In this document: in pieces, positions 10,147 to 21,016 of the stretch
How positions within the stretch are numbered: position 1 is the first letter of the stretch
Layout: the number at the start of each line of letters is the position of its first letter
Assembly: GCA_027038835.1 (NCBI GenBank)
Contig: JALWGC010000011.1
Span: forward strand, 12,837 to 76,836
Direction: 5' to 3'
Length of the DNA: 64,000 nucleotides
Source of the DNA: Helicobacteraceae bacterium
GTDB taxonomy: Bacteria > Campylobacterota > Campylobacteria > Campylobacterales > Sulfurimonadaceae
Made by a program: the position numbers and the translations under genes
Notes under the pieces: generated by a model
The model's database searches: none
What the model saw: the letters and a program-made list of their open reading frames with translations, nothing else
What the model was told of the DNA's origin: nothing

Positions 10147-10508
10147 ACAAACCAAAACACAACCTTTTTAGAAACGGACGCTACGCACTTGAAGGGTTGT
10201 ATGACATCATCAAAAACGAAACCAGTTTCAAATGGCAGATTTTGCTGTTCGTTTTAGCGGGGATTCTCGCTTGGATGCTTCCTATCAAGTTCGTTTACAG
10301 CGCTATCCTTTCGCTCTCTTTGTTCGTTCCGGTTTTAGCCGAGATCGTAAACAGCGCTATCGAAAGAGTGGTCGATTTGGTAACGCAAGACTACCATATA
10401 CTTGCCAAAAACGCCAAAGATGCGGGAGCGGCCATCGTTCTTATAAGTTTGATATTTACTGCTTGCGTGTGGATAGCGACGCTTCTTGTCGCTTTTGGAG
10501 CGGTTTAG
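10140..10508 (+). CDS. dgkA: diacylglycerol kinase
   Basis: 122 aa, 3 TM segments. Motifs EIVNSAIERVVDL and AKDAGAAIVL are typical of DgkA. Overlaps the upstream gene by 7 nt. Confidence 0.85.
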   Translation: MLNKPKHNLFRNGRYALEGLYDIIKNETSFKWQILLFVLAGILAWMLPIKFVYSAILSLSLFVPVLAEIVNSAIERVVDLVTQDYHILAKNAKDAGAAIVLISLIFTACVWIATLLVAFGAV

Positions 10509-11404
10509 AAGAAATCTTCCTCTTCGTTTATCTCGGTATCGTCGTAGGGGTCGAGGTGGATGAGAATGTGCGCTTTTTTTTCTATCTTTTCGAACGCTTC
10601 TCTGATTTTGGCTTCTATTTGGTCTCCTATGAGGTGGGCGTCGTAGAGTTTGATTTCGGGTGTGAGGACGATATGCACGGAGATGAACACGTTCGAGCCT
10701 GCCGCGCGTGTTTTTAGGTAATGATAACCGTTTATCCTTTTTTCGTTTTGGAGTATTGCTTCTATCATCGCTATTTCATCTTCGGGGATGGCGATATCAA
10801 GAAGCATCAAAATCCCCTCTTTGAGTATCGGATACGCACTATAGAGCATGTAGATAGAGATCGCTATACCCAAAACAGGGTCGATAATGTTCAAACCGCT
10901 GAAATAAACGACCGCAATGGCTACGAGTACCGCGGTGTTGCTAAAAAGGTCGGTTTTGTAGTGCAGGGCATCGGCGCGTATGACCATGTTGTTGGTTTTT
11001 TTGGCGACATAGTTCAAAAACATCACCAAAAACGCCGTGATGACGATGGAGACGACCATCACCCCCATACTTTCTTGTAGCATCTCTATTTTATGGGGAT
11101 GGGTGATTTTCAAAAGTGCTTCATACGCGATGAAGAGTGCGGACATGGAAATGATGGTGCCTTCTATCACCGCTGCGAGAGGTTCGAGTTTGCTTTTGCC
11201 GAAGTGAAACTTCTCATCAGGGTCTTGTTCGGCTTTGTGTAATGCGAAATAGTTAAACAGCGAAACGGTAAGGTCCAAAAGGGAATCTATCGCCGAAGCG
11301 AGTATGGCGACAGAACCGCTTAAAATGCCGACCGTAAGTTTGATAAGCACCAAAACGGTCGCGACCGATGTGGAAACGACGGTAGCTTTTTTCTCTAATC
11401 TCAT
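10505..11404 (-). CDS. cation diffusion facilitator (CDF) family metal efflux transporter
   Basis: Six TM segments with conserved Asp/His positions (SAIDSLLDL; HYKTDLFSN) and a C-terminal cytoplasmic domain. I start at ATG 11404 (AAGGA lies 8 nt upstream), not at the long track start, which overlaps cmoB. Confidence 0.8.
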   Translation of the reverse strand: MRLEKKATVVSTSVATVLVLIKLTVGILSGSVAILASAIDSLLDLTVSLFNYFALHKAEQDPDEKFHFGKSKLEPLAAVIEGTIISMSALFIAYEALLKITHPHKIEMLQESMGVMVVSIVITAFLVMFLNYVAKKTNNMVIRADALHYKTDLFSNTAVLVAIAVVYFSGLNIIDPVLGIAISIYMLYSAYPILKEGILMLLDIAIPEDEIAMIEAILQNEKRINGYHYLKTRAAGSNVFISVHIVLTPEIKLYDAHLIGDQIEAKIREAFEKIEKKAHILIHLDPYDDTEINEEEDFF

Positions 11405-11474
11405 CGAGAGCATCCTTGAAAAAAATTTTGCAATTATAGCTTGAAATCGCTTGGTATATGGTAAAATTTCTCCC

Positions 11475-12389
11475 ATGAATTTAGATGAAATACGAAAAGA
11501 GCGCCGAAAATGGCTCAAGTGGAAAAATATAGCCCCCATTTTCGAAGCGCTACAAACATTACGACCAACCGATGCGAAAGTCACTTTAGGCGATATTATC
11601 AAGATTGAAGGGGAATACGAAGACCCAAAACAGATAGAATCGATCGCCAAGATGATGAAGCCGTGGCGAAAAGGGCCTTTTGAGATTTTCGGTACGTTTA
11701 TCGACAGTGAATGGAGAAGCTACCTTAAGTACAATCTTCTGCGTCCTTATTTCAACCTCGAAAACAAAAGGGTGGCCGACATAGGGTGCAACAACGGCTA
11801 CTACATGTTCCGTTTTTTGGAGGATAAACCGAAAAAACTTGTCGGGTTCGATCCCTCCATACTTTTCAAATTGCAGTTCGAGTTTATGAACTTTTTCATT
11901 AAAAGTGAAATAACATACGAATTGTTGGGCGTGGAGCATGCGGAGTTTTATGAAGAGAAGTTCGACACTATTTTTTGTCTTGGGGTTTTGTACCACAGAA
12001 GCGATCCTATCGTGATGCTAAAACAGCTCTACCGCGCGCTTGACAAAGAAGGGGAGGTGTTTTTGGACACGTTCTACATAGAAGGGGATGAACCCGTGGC
12101 GCTTTGTCCGGGTGCGAGCTATTCGAAAATACCCAACATCCACTTCGTTCCGACTATAAGTGCGCTTAGAAACTGGTGTGAAAGAGCCGGATTTAGCGAA
12201 TTTGTCGTTTTGGAGACAAGTGTAACGACACAAGAGGAACAGCGAAAAACCGATTGGATAGACGGTGAGTCGCTTGGGAACTTTTTAGACCCACATGACA
12301 GTTCCAAAACCGTAGAAGGGTATCCATCTCCAAGAAGGGTGTATGTGAAATTGGTAAAGAAACAGAAGAAAAAGGGAAAACATGGCTGA
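11475..12389 (+). CDS. cmoB: tRNA U34 carboxymethyltransferase
   Basis: [20 protein letters not shown] and the SAM-binding motif DIGCNNGYY match CmoB. The first in-frame ATG is at 11475 (the track start at 11451 is TTG). Confidence 0.8.
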   Translation: MNLDEIRKERRKWLKWKNIAPIFEALQTLRPTDAKVTLGDIIKIEGEYEDPKQIESIAKMMKPWRKGPFEIFGTFIDSEWRSYLKYNLLRPYFNLENKRVADIGCNNGYYMFRFLEDKPKKLVGFDPSILFKLQFEFMNFFIKSEITYELLGVEHAEFYEEKFDTIFCLGVLYHRSDPIVMLKQLYRALDKEGEVFLDTFYIEGDEPVALCPGASYSKIPNIHFVPTISALRNWCERAGFSEFVVLETSVTTQEEQRKTDWIDGESLGNFLDPHDSSKTVEGYPSPRRVYVKLVKKQKKKGKHG

Positions 12390-12858
12390 GAAAGAGCAAA
12401 ACGATCAAGAGCAAAACGAGTTCATTACAAACAAGGACAAACTTCCGCTTGAAACCCATACGATGATCAACAATTATCTTTGTGGTGAGATTACCAAACA
12501 CACCAAAGGGTACGTCGAGCTTGAACTCCAAACCGAAAACGAAATGGTGGTCGATTCCTACGGGCTAATTCATGGGGGATTTATCTTCGGTGCCGCAGAT
12601 TTCGCGGCTATGGCGGCGGTAAATGAGAAAAACGTCGTATTGGTACAAAGCGAGTGCCAGTTTCTCTCACCCGTCAAACTTGGCGATGTCGTGCACTTCA
12701 AAGCGCAAGTACGCCATCAAGAAGGGAGAAAGCGAAGCGTTCACGTTCGAGCTTTCGTACTCGATATCAAAGTTTTCGAAGGGGAGTTTATGACCGTCAT
12801 CACCGAGCGTCATGTGCTCAAGCTCAAACTTGCCGAGGAGGAGGAAGGGGGTAATTAA
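12382..12858 (+). CDS. hotdog-fold (PaaI-like) thioesterase
   Basis: [20 protein letters not shown] motif. 158 aa. 8-nt overlap with cmoB. Confidence 0.6.
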   Translation: MAEKEQNDQEQNEFITNKDKLPLETHTMINNYLCGEITKHTKGYVELELQTENEMVVDSYGLIHGGFIFGAADFAAMAAVNEKNVVLVQSECQFLSPVKLGDVVHFKAQVRHQEGRKRSVHVRAFVLDIKVFEGEFMTVITERHVLKLKLAEEEEGGN

Positions 12859-12904
12859 AAATCGAGATTGGACGATATAGTACAAAAAGCACTTCGAAGC
12901 GGTT

Positions 12905-12922
12905 TTGGAATCGAAATTGCTT
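12905..12922 (+). promoter_or_regulatory. sigma54 (RpoN) promoter upstream of flgL
   Basis: TTGGAATCGAAATTGCTT has GG and GC separated by 10 nt. This matches the epsilonproteobacterial TTGGAAC-N5-TTGCTT consensus. It lies 39 nt upstream of the flgL ATG. Confidence 0.7.
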
Positions 12923-12960
12923 AGAAAAACAAAAGCGTTCCAAGGATGGGAGGAGAAGTT

Positions 12961-15402
12961 ATGAGAATAACCAACAGCATGTACTACAAAGGTGTCTTTT
13001 CACCTAACAAAAACAGAATCAGCCAATCACTTTTCGATGTCAACAAACAGATATCTTCAGGATTGAAAATCGAGTATGCAAAGGACGACGTATCGGTATT
13101 TAGCGACACGATGCGGCTCGATAACGAAATAGCCACTCTCGAACAAGCCAAATCGAGCACGACAAGTGCGTTGAAAATCTCCACCCAGACCGACAAAGCG
13201 CTCAACGATTTCCAAACCACACTCGATAGAATGAGAGTTTTGATGGTAAACGCCGCTAACGCAAGCCATAACGACGCTTCCCTCGATGCAGTTTATAACG
13301 AGTTGAAAGGGTTGCGCGATCACCTTGTTACGCTAAGCAACACCTCCATCAACGGTAAATACCTTTTTTCCGGTTCAGCGTTCGATACCAAACCGATGGA
13401 CGCAAGCGGTAAGTATCATGGCAACGACAAGACCCTAGAGGCGTTTGCCGGTTCGAACGTGAAAATTCAGTACAACATCCCCGGCAGTGAGCTTTTCTTG
13501 GGCGAAGAGAGCCAAAGACACAGACACATTTCGACAAATATCAAAAATCTCAATCAAAGTGAGCTCCACCCTGATATTATGAAAGACCCTTTGGAGCCTG
13601 CAGATGTGGCGAAAGAGCGCTACATCACCGAAAACGACACCATTCGCGATCTTATGGGCGATGTTGACAACGACCCTGCAAACGACCCGCAAAGCCATTT
13701 TTACATAAAAGGGATCAAGCATAACGGGCAGGTGTTTTACGAGGAGCTCACTTTCAATTCGACACAAAAAGTGGGAGAACTGCTCGATAAGATTTCCGAT
13801 TTGTACGGGCACGATAGTGTCGATGTAACACTCAATCAGTATGGACAGATTGAAGTCAAAGACAAAATCCCCGGCTCTTCGAAACTCGATTTTCATATGT
13901 TCGGTGCCGTCGATTTCAACTTAGACGGCAACAATACCGACGATGCCGGAGGAAAAACGGTTTTGGAGCTTGAAAATTCCGATGTCGTGCTAAAAGGTTT
14001 TACAAACTCCAACCTGACACGACCGATAGACAAAACAAGACTCGTACATGACCCTTTCGATGCGCAGCGGTTCTCGATTTCGGGTAAATTCATCAAACTT
14101 CAAACCAACGAGGTAGCCCACACCGACACGTTGCTTGAGGATGCTTTGTTCGACAAAGCGAAAAAGATACGCCTAAGCGGAACCGATACGCAAGGAAACG
14201 GAGTTTCTATCACCTACAATGTCGATTCGACCAAAACGATTCAAGATTTGATGAGTACGCTGGATAACGAGTTCGACCAAGACGATTCACTCAATTTCTA
14301 TCTTGATAACGGAAAAATAAAAATAGAAAGTTCCAACCCAAACAGTGCATCCAACCTTGACATACGGCTCGAAACGCTTTCGAGTAATTCCACTAACGTC
14401 AAGGGGTTTGGCGCCGATGCCGCTTTGGTCTATGACAAAGAGGTGTATTTCGACAAAAAAGGTTCCAAACTCCTCTCGAATACCTCTCAAATCGTCAGAG
14501 AAGACAACTCCTACGCAACACCGAAAACGAAACTCAGCGAAGTAGCCAACCTTTCTGATAACAACCAGACACTCGATGGCGAAAAGCTTGTCATAAAAGG
14601 GAAAAACGTAAACGGCGAATATATAAAAGCGACTATCGACTTTTCCGATAACGGTACGACCTTCACTTTGAAAAAAGACCTCAATAGCGATGGCAATTAT
14701 CAGCTTGTCGGTCTTTCTTCTTATTCGGTTTTCAATAACTCCGATCCACGCCAAGCGACCGCTGCGAACGATGTAACCTACCAACAATTAAACGATGTCA
14801 TTAACATGGTTATGGCGGACAAACTTCCAGCGACAAATACTGCCGATGACTACGACAAAGCGATAGAGCAAAGTAGTTCGTACGCAAAAACACAACTGGA
14901 CGAAAAAGGGAGATTGACGTTCGAAGAGACGGGTGTGGCTTCGACGAAAAGCCAATTGAGTGTTTTCTTTCAGACGAACAACGAGCCGGGGCTTTTGAGC
15001 TTTCAGAAAAACGCTTCGCTTTCGGTAACCGATCCGAAAACCGACTTCTTCGCTCAGCTTGACGAAGCTATCGAGGCTGTCGGACTTGGAAGAACTAGAG
15101 CTGATGGCGATGCCACCAACCCAAGAAACGTCGGTATCCAAAACGGCATACAGATAATTGACGATTTAAGCGCTCATGTAACGAAAGTTCATACAAAGAT
15201 AGGTTCTCTTTCAAAAAGTTTGCAAAATTCGGCAGATAGAAGCGAACTGCTTTCTATTAGCACACAAACGCTTCGTTCCGACGTGCTCGATACCGACATA
15301 GCCGAAGCCTCTCTCAAGCTCAATCAGTTGACACTCAACTACCAAGCGATCCTCTCTACCATAGGGAGAGTTTCCAAACTTTCTTTGGTGAATTATCTAT
15401 GA
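12961..15402 (+). CDS. flgL: flagellar hook-associated protein 3 (long epsilonproteobacterial form)
   Basis: N-terminus MRITNSMYY...DVNKQISSGLKI and a flagellin-like C-terminal helix (LNQLTLNYQAILSTIGRVSKLSLVNYL). Size is like H. pylori/C. jejuni FlgL. ATG at 12961 is preceded by GGAGG. Confidence 0.85.
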   Translation: MRITNSMYYKGVFSPNKNRISQSLFDVNKQISSGLKIEYAKDDVSVFSDTMRLDNEIATLEQAKSSTTSALKISTQTDKALNDFQTTLDRMRVLMVNAANASHNDASLDAVYNELKGLRDHLVTLSNTSINGKYLFSGSAFDTKPMDASGKYHGNDKTLEAFAGSNVKIQYNIPGSELFLGEESQRHRHISTNIKNLNQSELHPDIMKDPLEPADVAKERYITENDTIRDLMGDVDNDPANDPQSHFYIKGIKHNGQVFYEELTFNSTQKVGELLDKISDLYGHDSVDVTLNQYGQIEVKDKIPGSSKLDFHMFGAVDFNLDGNNTDDAGGKTVLELENSDVVLKGFTNSNLTRPIDKTRLVHDPFDAQRFSISGKFIKLQTNEVAHTDTLLEDALFDKAKKIRLSGTDTQGNGVSITYNVDSTKTIQDLMSTLDNEFDQDDSLNFYLDNGKIKIESSNPNSASNLDIRLETLSSNSTNVKGFGADAALVYDKEVYFDKKGSKLLSNTSQIVREDNSYATPKTKLSEVANLSDNNQTLDGEKLVIKGKNVNGEYIKATIDFSDNGTTFTLKKDLNSDGNYQLVGLSSYSVFNNSDPRQATAANDVTYQQLNDVINMVMADKLPATNTADDYDKAIEQSSSYAKTQLDEKGRLTFEETGVASTKSQLSVFFQTNNEPGLLSFQKNASLSVTDPKTDFFAQLDEAIEAVGLGRTRADGDATNPRNVGIQNGIQIIDDLSAHVTKVHTKIGSLSKSLQNSADRSELLSISTQTLRSDVLDTDIAEASLKLNQLTLNYQAILSTIGRVSKLSLVNYL

Positions 15403-15471
15403 TAATTTGCCATATTTTAGAGAGTTTGGAGTCTTTTTCGATATACTTTTAAAAAAATTTAGAGGTCTATC

Positions 15472-17733
15472 TTGCGCGATACGATATTTATAGTACTTTT
15501 TGGTGTATTTATCTACATGGGTTTTGCCAACATTTTAGGCAGTAGCGGTGTGTTGGGCAGTTTTGGAAAGACGTTTGCGGCGTACAATCATCTTTATTTC
15601 GGATACGTCGCATATGGGTATATCTTCGTTTTGCTCTATCCGCTTTACAGGTTTTACAAATCACACAAAATAACTCTAAGAACAGTAGAAGTTTTCATCG
15701 CTTCGTTCTTGCTCTTTTTTTCCGTTTTGCTCGCTCAGGCTCTCCTTGTAACGAACCGTTTCGCAGGGAAGTTCGCAAGCGATTTTTCCAAGTTTTTAGA
15801 ACCCTACATAGGGGTTTTCGGTTTATGGATTTTTTGGTTTATCATAACGATGGTATCGGTTGTGATACTGCTTGATAAAACGACGGCGGAACTTCTGCTG
15901 CTTCTTAAAGAGAAGTTTTCGTTGAATCTACCTGTAAAAAAACCGACTCCTAAAAACTATGAACAAAAGCGGCAAGAGGTTGCTAAGGAGGAGATAGAAG
16001 AGGTTGTCGATGAAGCAGCCGACATCCAAGAAGAAAGCCCCATCCTCGAGGAGCCACGAAATACGCCTACGCAAACCGACGAAGAAGAGGATTTGGCATC
16101 GCATGAACTTCCTTGGATAGAAGAAAAGACCCAAGAGGAAAAACAACAAGTCGTTTTGGACGAAAAGAAGGAACAAAGGGACAAAGAGAGCCCAAAAGAA
16201 GAGAATAGCCAAACTAACGACATACTCACTTTGGCTTCGAAACTCAAAGAACATAAAAACGCCATTATCGTCGATGAGCTCGAAGAGAACAAAAAACTAC
16301 TCGAAACCATCGAAAAAGGTAAGACCGAAAAACCGAAAAATTTCAAATTACCGCCGCTTAGTTTCCTTGAAAAACCAAATAAAAAGCAAATCGCCATCGA
16401 CGAAGACGAAATAGACGACAAAATCCGCCAGCTTATAGAGAAACTTTCCCATTTCAAAATAGAAGGGGATGTCGTTCGTACCTATACAGGACCTATCGTC
16501 TCGACTTTCGAGTTCAAACCCGCCGCCAACGTCAAAGTGAGTAAAATACTCAATCTTCAAGACGACCTCGCCATGGCGCTTTCTGCCGAGACTATCCGCA
16601 TCCAAGCACCGATTCCCGGCAAAGACGTTGTCGGGATCGAAATCCCAAACGAAACTAGAGAAACCATCTACTTGCGAGAAATTCTCGAAAGCAAACTGTT
16701 CCAAGAAGCCGCTTCGCCGTTAACTATGGCACTTGGTAAAGATATCGTCGGTAAACCGTTCGTTACGGACTTGAAAAAACTGCCTCACTTGCTCATAGCC
16801 GGTACGACGGGAAGCGGTAAAAGTGTCGGGATAAACGCGATGATTCTCTCACTTTTGTACAAAAACTCTCCCGACAATCTACGCCTTTTGATGATCGATC
16901 CCAAGATGCTCGAATTTTCTATCTACAACGACATCCCTCATCTTCTTACGCCTGTCATAACGAAACCGAAACAAGCGGTCGTGGCACTAAACAACATGGT
17001 AGCGGAGATGGAGCGCCGCTATACCCTTATGAGCGAAACGAGAACGAAAAACATAGAAAACTTCAACGAAAAAGCGAAAAAGAACGGAGTGGAGCCTATG
17101 CCTTATATCGTTGTCATTATCGACGAATTGAGCGATTTGATGATGACAAGCGGCAAAGATGTCGAACATTCCATCGCGCGCCTTGCGCAGATGGCAAGAG
17201 CGAGTGGTATCCACCTCATAGTCGCGACCCAGCGTCCAAGCGTCGATGTCGTTACGGGGCTTATCAAAGCGAATCTCCCAAGTCGCATAAGTTATAGAGT
17301 AGGGCAAAAGGTCGATAGCAAAATCATTCTCGACCAGCAAGGAGCGGAAAGCCTGCTTGGGCGGGGTGATATGCTCTTTACCCCTCCGGGTGCTCCGGGC
17401 GTGGTGAGGTTGCATGCTCCATGGAGTAGTGAAGAGGAGATAGAAAAAATAGTCGAGTTTCTCAAATCGCAACGTGAGCCGAATTACGACAAAAGTTTCC
17501 TTGTCGAAGATACCGACAACGAAGGGGGTGATAGAGAGGTTTTCGAAGAACTCGACCCCCTATTCGAAGAAGCCAAATCGGTCGTACTCAACGATAGAAA
17601 AACATCGATTTCCTATTTGCAGAGAAAACTGCAAATAGGCTACAACCGTGCCGCGCGTGTAGTGGAACAACTCGAACAAGAGGGGATTCTCTCCGCACCC
17701 AATGCAAAAGGTACGAGGGAGATTTTAGTCTAA
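15472..17733 (+). CDS. ftsK: DNA translocase FtsK
   Basis: N-terminal TM segments and an acidic/Lys-rich linker. Motor domain has Walker A GTTGSGKS and Walker B VVIIDE. C-terminal gamma winged helix (ISYLQRKLQIGYNRAARVVEQLE). The TTG start is uncertain. Confidence 0.9.
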   Translation: MRDTIFIVLFGVFIYMGFANILGSSGVLGSFGKTFAAYNHLYFGYVAYGYIFVLLYPLYRFYKSHKITLRTVEVFIASFLLFFSVLLAQALLVTNRFAGKFASDFSKFLEPYIGVFGLWIFWFIITMVSVVILLDKTTAELLLLLKEKFSLNLPVKKPTPKNYEQKRQEVAKEEIEEVVDEAADIQEESPILEEPRNTPTQTDEEEDLASHELPWIEEKTQEEKQQVVLDEKKEQRDKESPKEENSQTNDILTLASKLKEHKNAIIVDELEENKKLLETIEKGKTEKPKNFKLPPLSFLEKPNKKQIAIDEDEIDDKIRQLIEKLSHFKIEGDVVRTYTGPIVSTFEFKPAANVKVSKILNLQDDLAMALSAETIRIQAPIPGKDVVGIEIPNETRETIYLREILESKLFQEAASPLTMALGKDIVGKPFVTDLKKLPHLLIAGTTGSGKSVGINAMILSLLYKNSPDNLRLLMIDPKMLEFSIYNDIPHLLTPVITKPKQAVVALNNMVAEMERRYTLMSETRTKNIENFNEKAKKNGVEPMPYIVVIIDELSDLMMTSGKDVEHSIARLAQMARASGIHLIVATQRPSVDVVTGLIKANLPSRISYRVGQKVDSKIILDQQGAESLLGRGDMLFTPPGAPGVVRLHAPWSSEEEIEKIVEFLKSQREPNYDKSFLVEDTDNEGGDREVFEELDPLFEEAKSVVLNDRKTSISYLQRKLQIGYNRAARVVEQLEQEGILSAPNAKGTREILV

Positions 17734-17803
17734 ATCTTCCTTGAAAGTTTTTCTTCAGCTAATCACTCTATAATTCCATAGAATTTTACCAAGGACTGTT
17801 TGT

Positions 17804-18220
17804 ATGCTCTATTTGACGTTCCACCTCATTCATATCTTTTCCGTTTTCATATACGGCGGTTTTTTGTTTACCGACAACCTGTTTTGCTCTCGTATGAAAA
17901 ACGATTTGGGTGATGAGTACCCAAAAGCCAGAGAGCAGTTTATGAAGTACGTCAGAAAAGTGGTTCCTAAAGCACTTATCGTAGCGGTTCTAAGCGGTGG
18001 AGTGTTATTTTCGTACCATTTTGGAACTATAGGCGAAGAGGGGCTTAGTAATTTTCAAAAAGTGTTGCTTGTAAAAGCGTTTCTCGGCGCTTGGCTTGGT
18101 GTTCGCGGTGTCTTGCAGGTCTTTTTCGGTATTCAACCGCTTGTATTTAAAAGCCATCTTTTCCCTTTTATCCTCGTTATTATCATCATTTTCCTTTCAC
18201 AATTGATGTTTGCGGTATAG
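17804..18220 (+). CDS. small integral membrane protein (4 predicted TM), function unknown
   Basis: Hydrophobic 138-aa ORF in an otherwise empty gap. Vague CopD/HemJ-like look, but I cannot support an assignment. Confidence 0.5.
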   Translation: MLYLTFHLIHIFSVFIYGGFLFTDNLFCSRMKNDLGDEYPKAREQFMKYVRKVVPKALIVAVLSGGVLFSYHFGTIGEEGLSNFQKVLLVKAFLGAWLGVRGVLQVFFGIQPLVFKSHLFPFILVIIIIFLSQLMFAV

Positions 18221-18310
18221 TTTGGTTACGAAACGAAACATTTGTAATTTTTTAGTCAAAAAAATTGTTTCGTAACGTAACACAGCTCTTTTTTTGTTTC
18301 CATAATAAGA

Positions 18311-18316
18311 TATAAT
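18311..18316 (+). promoter_or_regulatory. candidate -10 element (GATATAAT context) for acnB
   Basis: TATAAT lies 33 nt upstream of the acnB ATG. The same GATATAAT context recurs upstream of mdh, rnpB and the gene at 7634. Confidence 0.4.
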
Positions 18317-18348
18317 CGATTCGATAAATTTACTATATAGGAATTGAC

Positions 18349-20910
18349 ATGGCATTTATGGACGAGTACAAGGCACATGTAGAAGAAAGAGCCAAACTTG
18401 GCGTTCCTCCACTTCCACTTTCAGCTGAGTGGACTGTAGAGTTGATCGAAATGATCAAAAACAACGAAGGGGATATGGAAGAGAATCTTTATCTTCTTGC
18501 AAACAGAGTACCACCGGGTGTTGACGATGCGGCTTATGTAAAAGCGGCTTTTTTGAACGACGTAGCGAGCGAAAAAGTCAAAGTTGACGCTATCAGCCCG
18601 GAAAAAGCGGTCGAAATGCTTGGTATGATGCTTGGCGGTTACAACGTCAAACCTATGATAGATGCACTCTCATCGAAGAACGAAGCGGTTGTCGAAGCTG
18701 CTATCAAAGCGCTTAGCAACACTCTTTTGGTTTACGATGCGTTCAACGATGTGGAAGAACTGTATAAAAACGGCAACGAAGCGGCAAAAAAAGTTCTTGA
18801 GTCTTGGGCGAACGCAGAGTGGTTCAAAGCGAAAAAAGAGCTTCCGGAAAAAATCACTCTCACCGTTTTCAAAGTTCCGGGTGAAACAAATACAGACGAC
18901 CTTTCACCGGCTTCCGAAGCGTTTACAAGAAGTGATATTCCACTCCATGCAAACTCCATGCTTCAAGCGAAGATGGACGACCCTATCGGTACTATCAAAA
19001 AGCTGAAAGAAAAAGGGCATCCTGTCGCTTATGTCGGTGATGTCGTTGGTACTGGTAGTTCGAGAAAATCGGGTATCAACTCCGTTCAATGGCATCTTGG
19101 TGAGGATATCCCGGGTGTTCCGAATAAAAGAACCGGCGGTTATGTTCTTGGCGGTATCATCGCTCCTATTTTCTTCGCGACTGCGGAAGACTCGGGTGCA
19201 CTTCCTATCGAGCTTGACGTAACGCAAATGGAGATGGGAGATGTTATCGACATCTATCCTTACAAAGGGGAAGCGCACAAAAACGGCGAGTGTATCGCTA
19301 CGTTCAAACTTCGCCCTAACACCATCACCGACGAAGTAAGAGCGGGTGGACGTATTCCGCTTATCATCGGTCGCGGTCTTACGAACAAAGCCAGACAAGT
19401 ACTCGGTATGCCTCAAGAGGATATTTTCCTAAAACCTGAACAACCTGCCGACACCGGTAAAGGGTACACACTCGCTCAGAAAATGGTCGGTAAAGCGTGT
19501 GGTATGGAAGGTGTAAGACCGGGAATGTACGTCGAGCCTACCATGACGACCGTCGGTAGCCAAGATACGACCGGTCCAATGACCAGAGACGAAATCAAAG
19601 AGCTAGCGGCACTTGGTTTCAATGCAGATTTCGTACTTCAATCGTTCTGTCATACAGCGGCGTATCCAAAACCGTCCGATGTGCAGATGCACCACACGCT
19701 TCCGGATTTCATCGCTCAAAGAAGCGGTGTAGCACTTCGCCCGGGGGATGGTGTTATCCACTCTTGGCTTAACAGAATGTGTTTGCCGGATACCGTAGGT
19801 ACCGGTGCCGACTCACACACACGTTTCCCAATCGGTATTTCGTTCCCGGGTGGTAGCGGTATCGTCGCGTTCGCTGCAGTAACAGGTTCTATGCCGCTAA
19901 CTATGCCTGAGTCTGTTCTTGTGAAATTCAAAGGGGAGCTTCAACCGGGGATCACACTTCGTGACTTGGTAAACGCTATCCCTTACAAAGCGATCCAAGA
20001 AGGGCTTTTGACTGTCGAGAAAAAAGGTAAGAAAAACATCTTCGCAGGTCGTATTCTCGAGATCGAAGGGCTTCCTGATTTGAAAGTGGAACAAGCGTTC
20101 GAACTTGCAGATGCGAGTGCAGAGAGAAGTGCAGCGGCTTGTACGGTTCATCTTGACAAAGAGCCGGTTATCGAGTACCTCAAGTCCAACATCGAGTTGC
20201 TCAAAGCGATGATCGAAGCGGGATACGAAGATCACAGAACATTGGAGCGCCGTATCAAGCGTATGGAAGAGTGGCTTGAAAACCCTGAACTTATGAAGCG
20301 TGACGAAGATGCGGAGTACGCAGCGGTTATCGAGATAGATCTCAATGAAATCAAAGAGCCGATTTTGGCATGTCCAAACGATCCGGACGATGTCGCGACA
20401 CTTACAGAAGTACTTGCCGACCCAAAACGTCCACATATCATCAACGAAGTGTTCATCGGTTCTTGTATGACCAACATCGGACACTACAGAGCTCTTGGTG
20501 AAGTGCTCAAAGGTGAGGGTGCTGTACCGACAAGACTTTGGGTATGTCCTCCGACACAAATGGATGAAAAACAACTCACAGAAGAAGGCTACTACGCTAT
20601 TTACGGTGCTGCGGGTGCGAGAACGGAGATACCGGGATGTTCTCTTTGTATGGGTAACCAAGCAAGAGTTGCCGACAACGCGGTCGTTTTCTCTACAAGT
20701 ACGAGAAACTTCGACAACCGTATGGGTAAAGGTGCGCAAGTGTATCTCGGTTCTGCGGAACTCGGTGCGGTTTGTGCGATGCTTGGTTATCTTCCGACAA
20801 AAGAGGAGTACCTCAACATCGTTAAAAAACTTGAAGGTAAAGAGGATCAAATCTATAGATACCTCAACTTCAACGAAGTGGAAAACTTCTCCCTTCCAAA
20901 AATTCAATAA
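18349..20910 (+). CDS. acnB: aconitate hydratase B (bifunctional aconitase 2 / 2-methylisocitrate dehydratase type)
   Basis: 853 aa. N-terminal HEAT-like and swivel domains precede the catalytic domains (AcnB order). Fe-S ligand motifs IGSCMTN and CSLCMGNQ are present. Confidence 0.95.
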   Translation: MAFMDEYKAHVEERAKLGVPPLPLSAEWTVELIEMIKNNEGDMEENLYLLANRVPPGVDDAAYVKAAFLNDVASEKVKVDAISPEKAVEMLGMMLGGYNVKPMIDALSSKNEAVVEAAIKALSNTLLVYDAFNDVEELYKNGNEAAKKVLESWANAEWFKAKKELPEKITLTVFKVPGETNTDDLSPASEAFTRSDIPLHANSMLQAKMDDPIGTIKKLKEKGHPVAYVGDVVGTGSSRKSGINSVQWHLGEDIPGVPNKRTGGYVLGGIIAPIFFATAEDSGALPIELDVTQMEMGDVIDIYPYKGEAHKNGECIATFKLRPNTITDEVRAGGRIPLIIGRGLTNKARQVLGMPQEDIFLKPEQPADTGKGYTLAQKMVGKACGMEGVRPGMYVEPTMTTVGSQDTTGPMTRDEIKELAALGFNADFVLQSFCHTAAYPKPSDVQMHHTLPDFIAQRSGVALRPGDGVIHSWLNRMCLPDTVGTGADSHTRFPIGISFPGGSGIVAFAAVTGSMPLTMPESVLVKFKGELQPGITLRDLVNAIPYKAIQEGLLTVEKKGKKNIFAGRILEIEGLPDLKVEQAFELADASAERSAAACTVHLDKEPVIEYLKSNIELLKAMIEAGYEDHRTLERRIKRMEEWLENPELMKRDEDAEYAAVIEIDLNEIKEPILACPNDPDDVATLTEVLADPKRPHIINEVFIGSCMTNIGHYRALGEVLKGEGAVPTRLWVCPPTQMDEKQLTEEGYYAIYGAAGARTEIPGCSLCMGNQARVADNAVVFSTSTRNFDNRMGKGAQVYLGSAELGAVCAMLGYLPTKEEYLNIVKKLEGKEDQIYRYLNFNEVENFSLPKIQ

Positions 20911-20917
20911 CACCTAC

Positions 20918-20941
20918 AAGAGCGCTTTTTGCGCTCTTTTT
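20918..20941 (+). terminator. rho-independent terminator after acnB
   Basis: AAGAGCGC-TTTTT-GCGCTCTT hairpin followed by T residues, 8 nt after the stop codon. Confidence 0.7.
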
Positions 20942-21016
20942 CCCTTTTTTAATCTTCTATAAATAAAAAAGATTGTATATTTTCCTATCTTGTAGTTCAT
21001 CAAACGAAGGCTTTTC

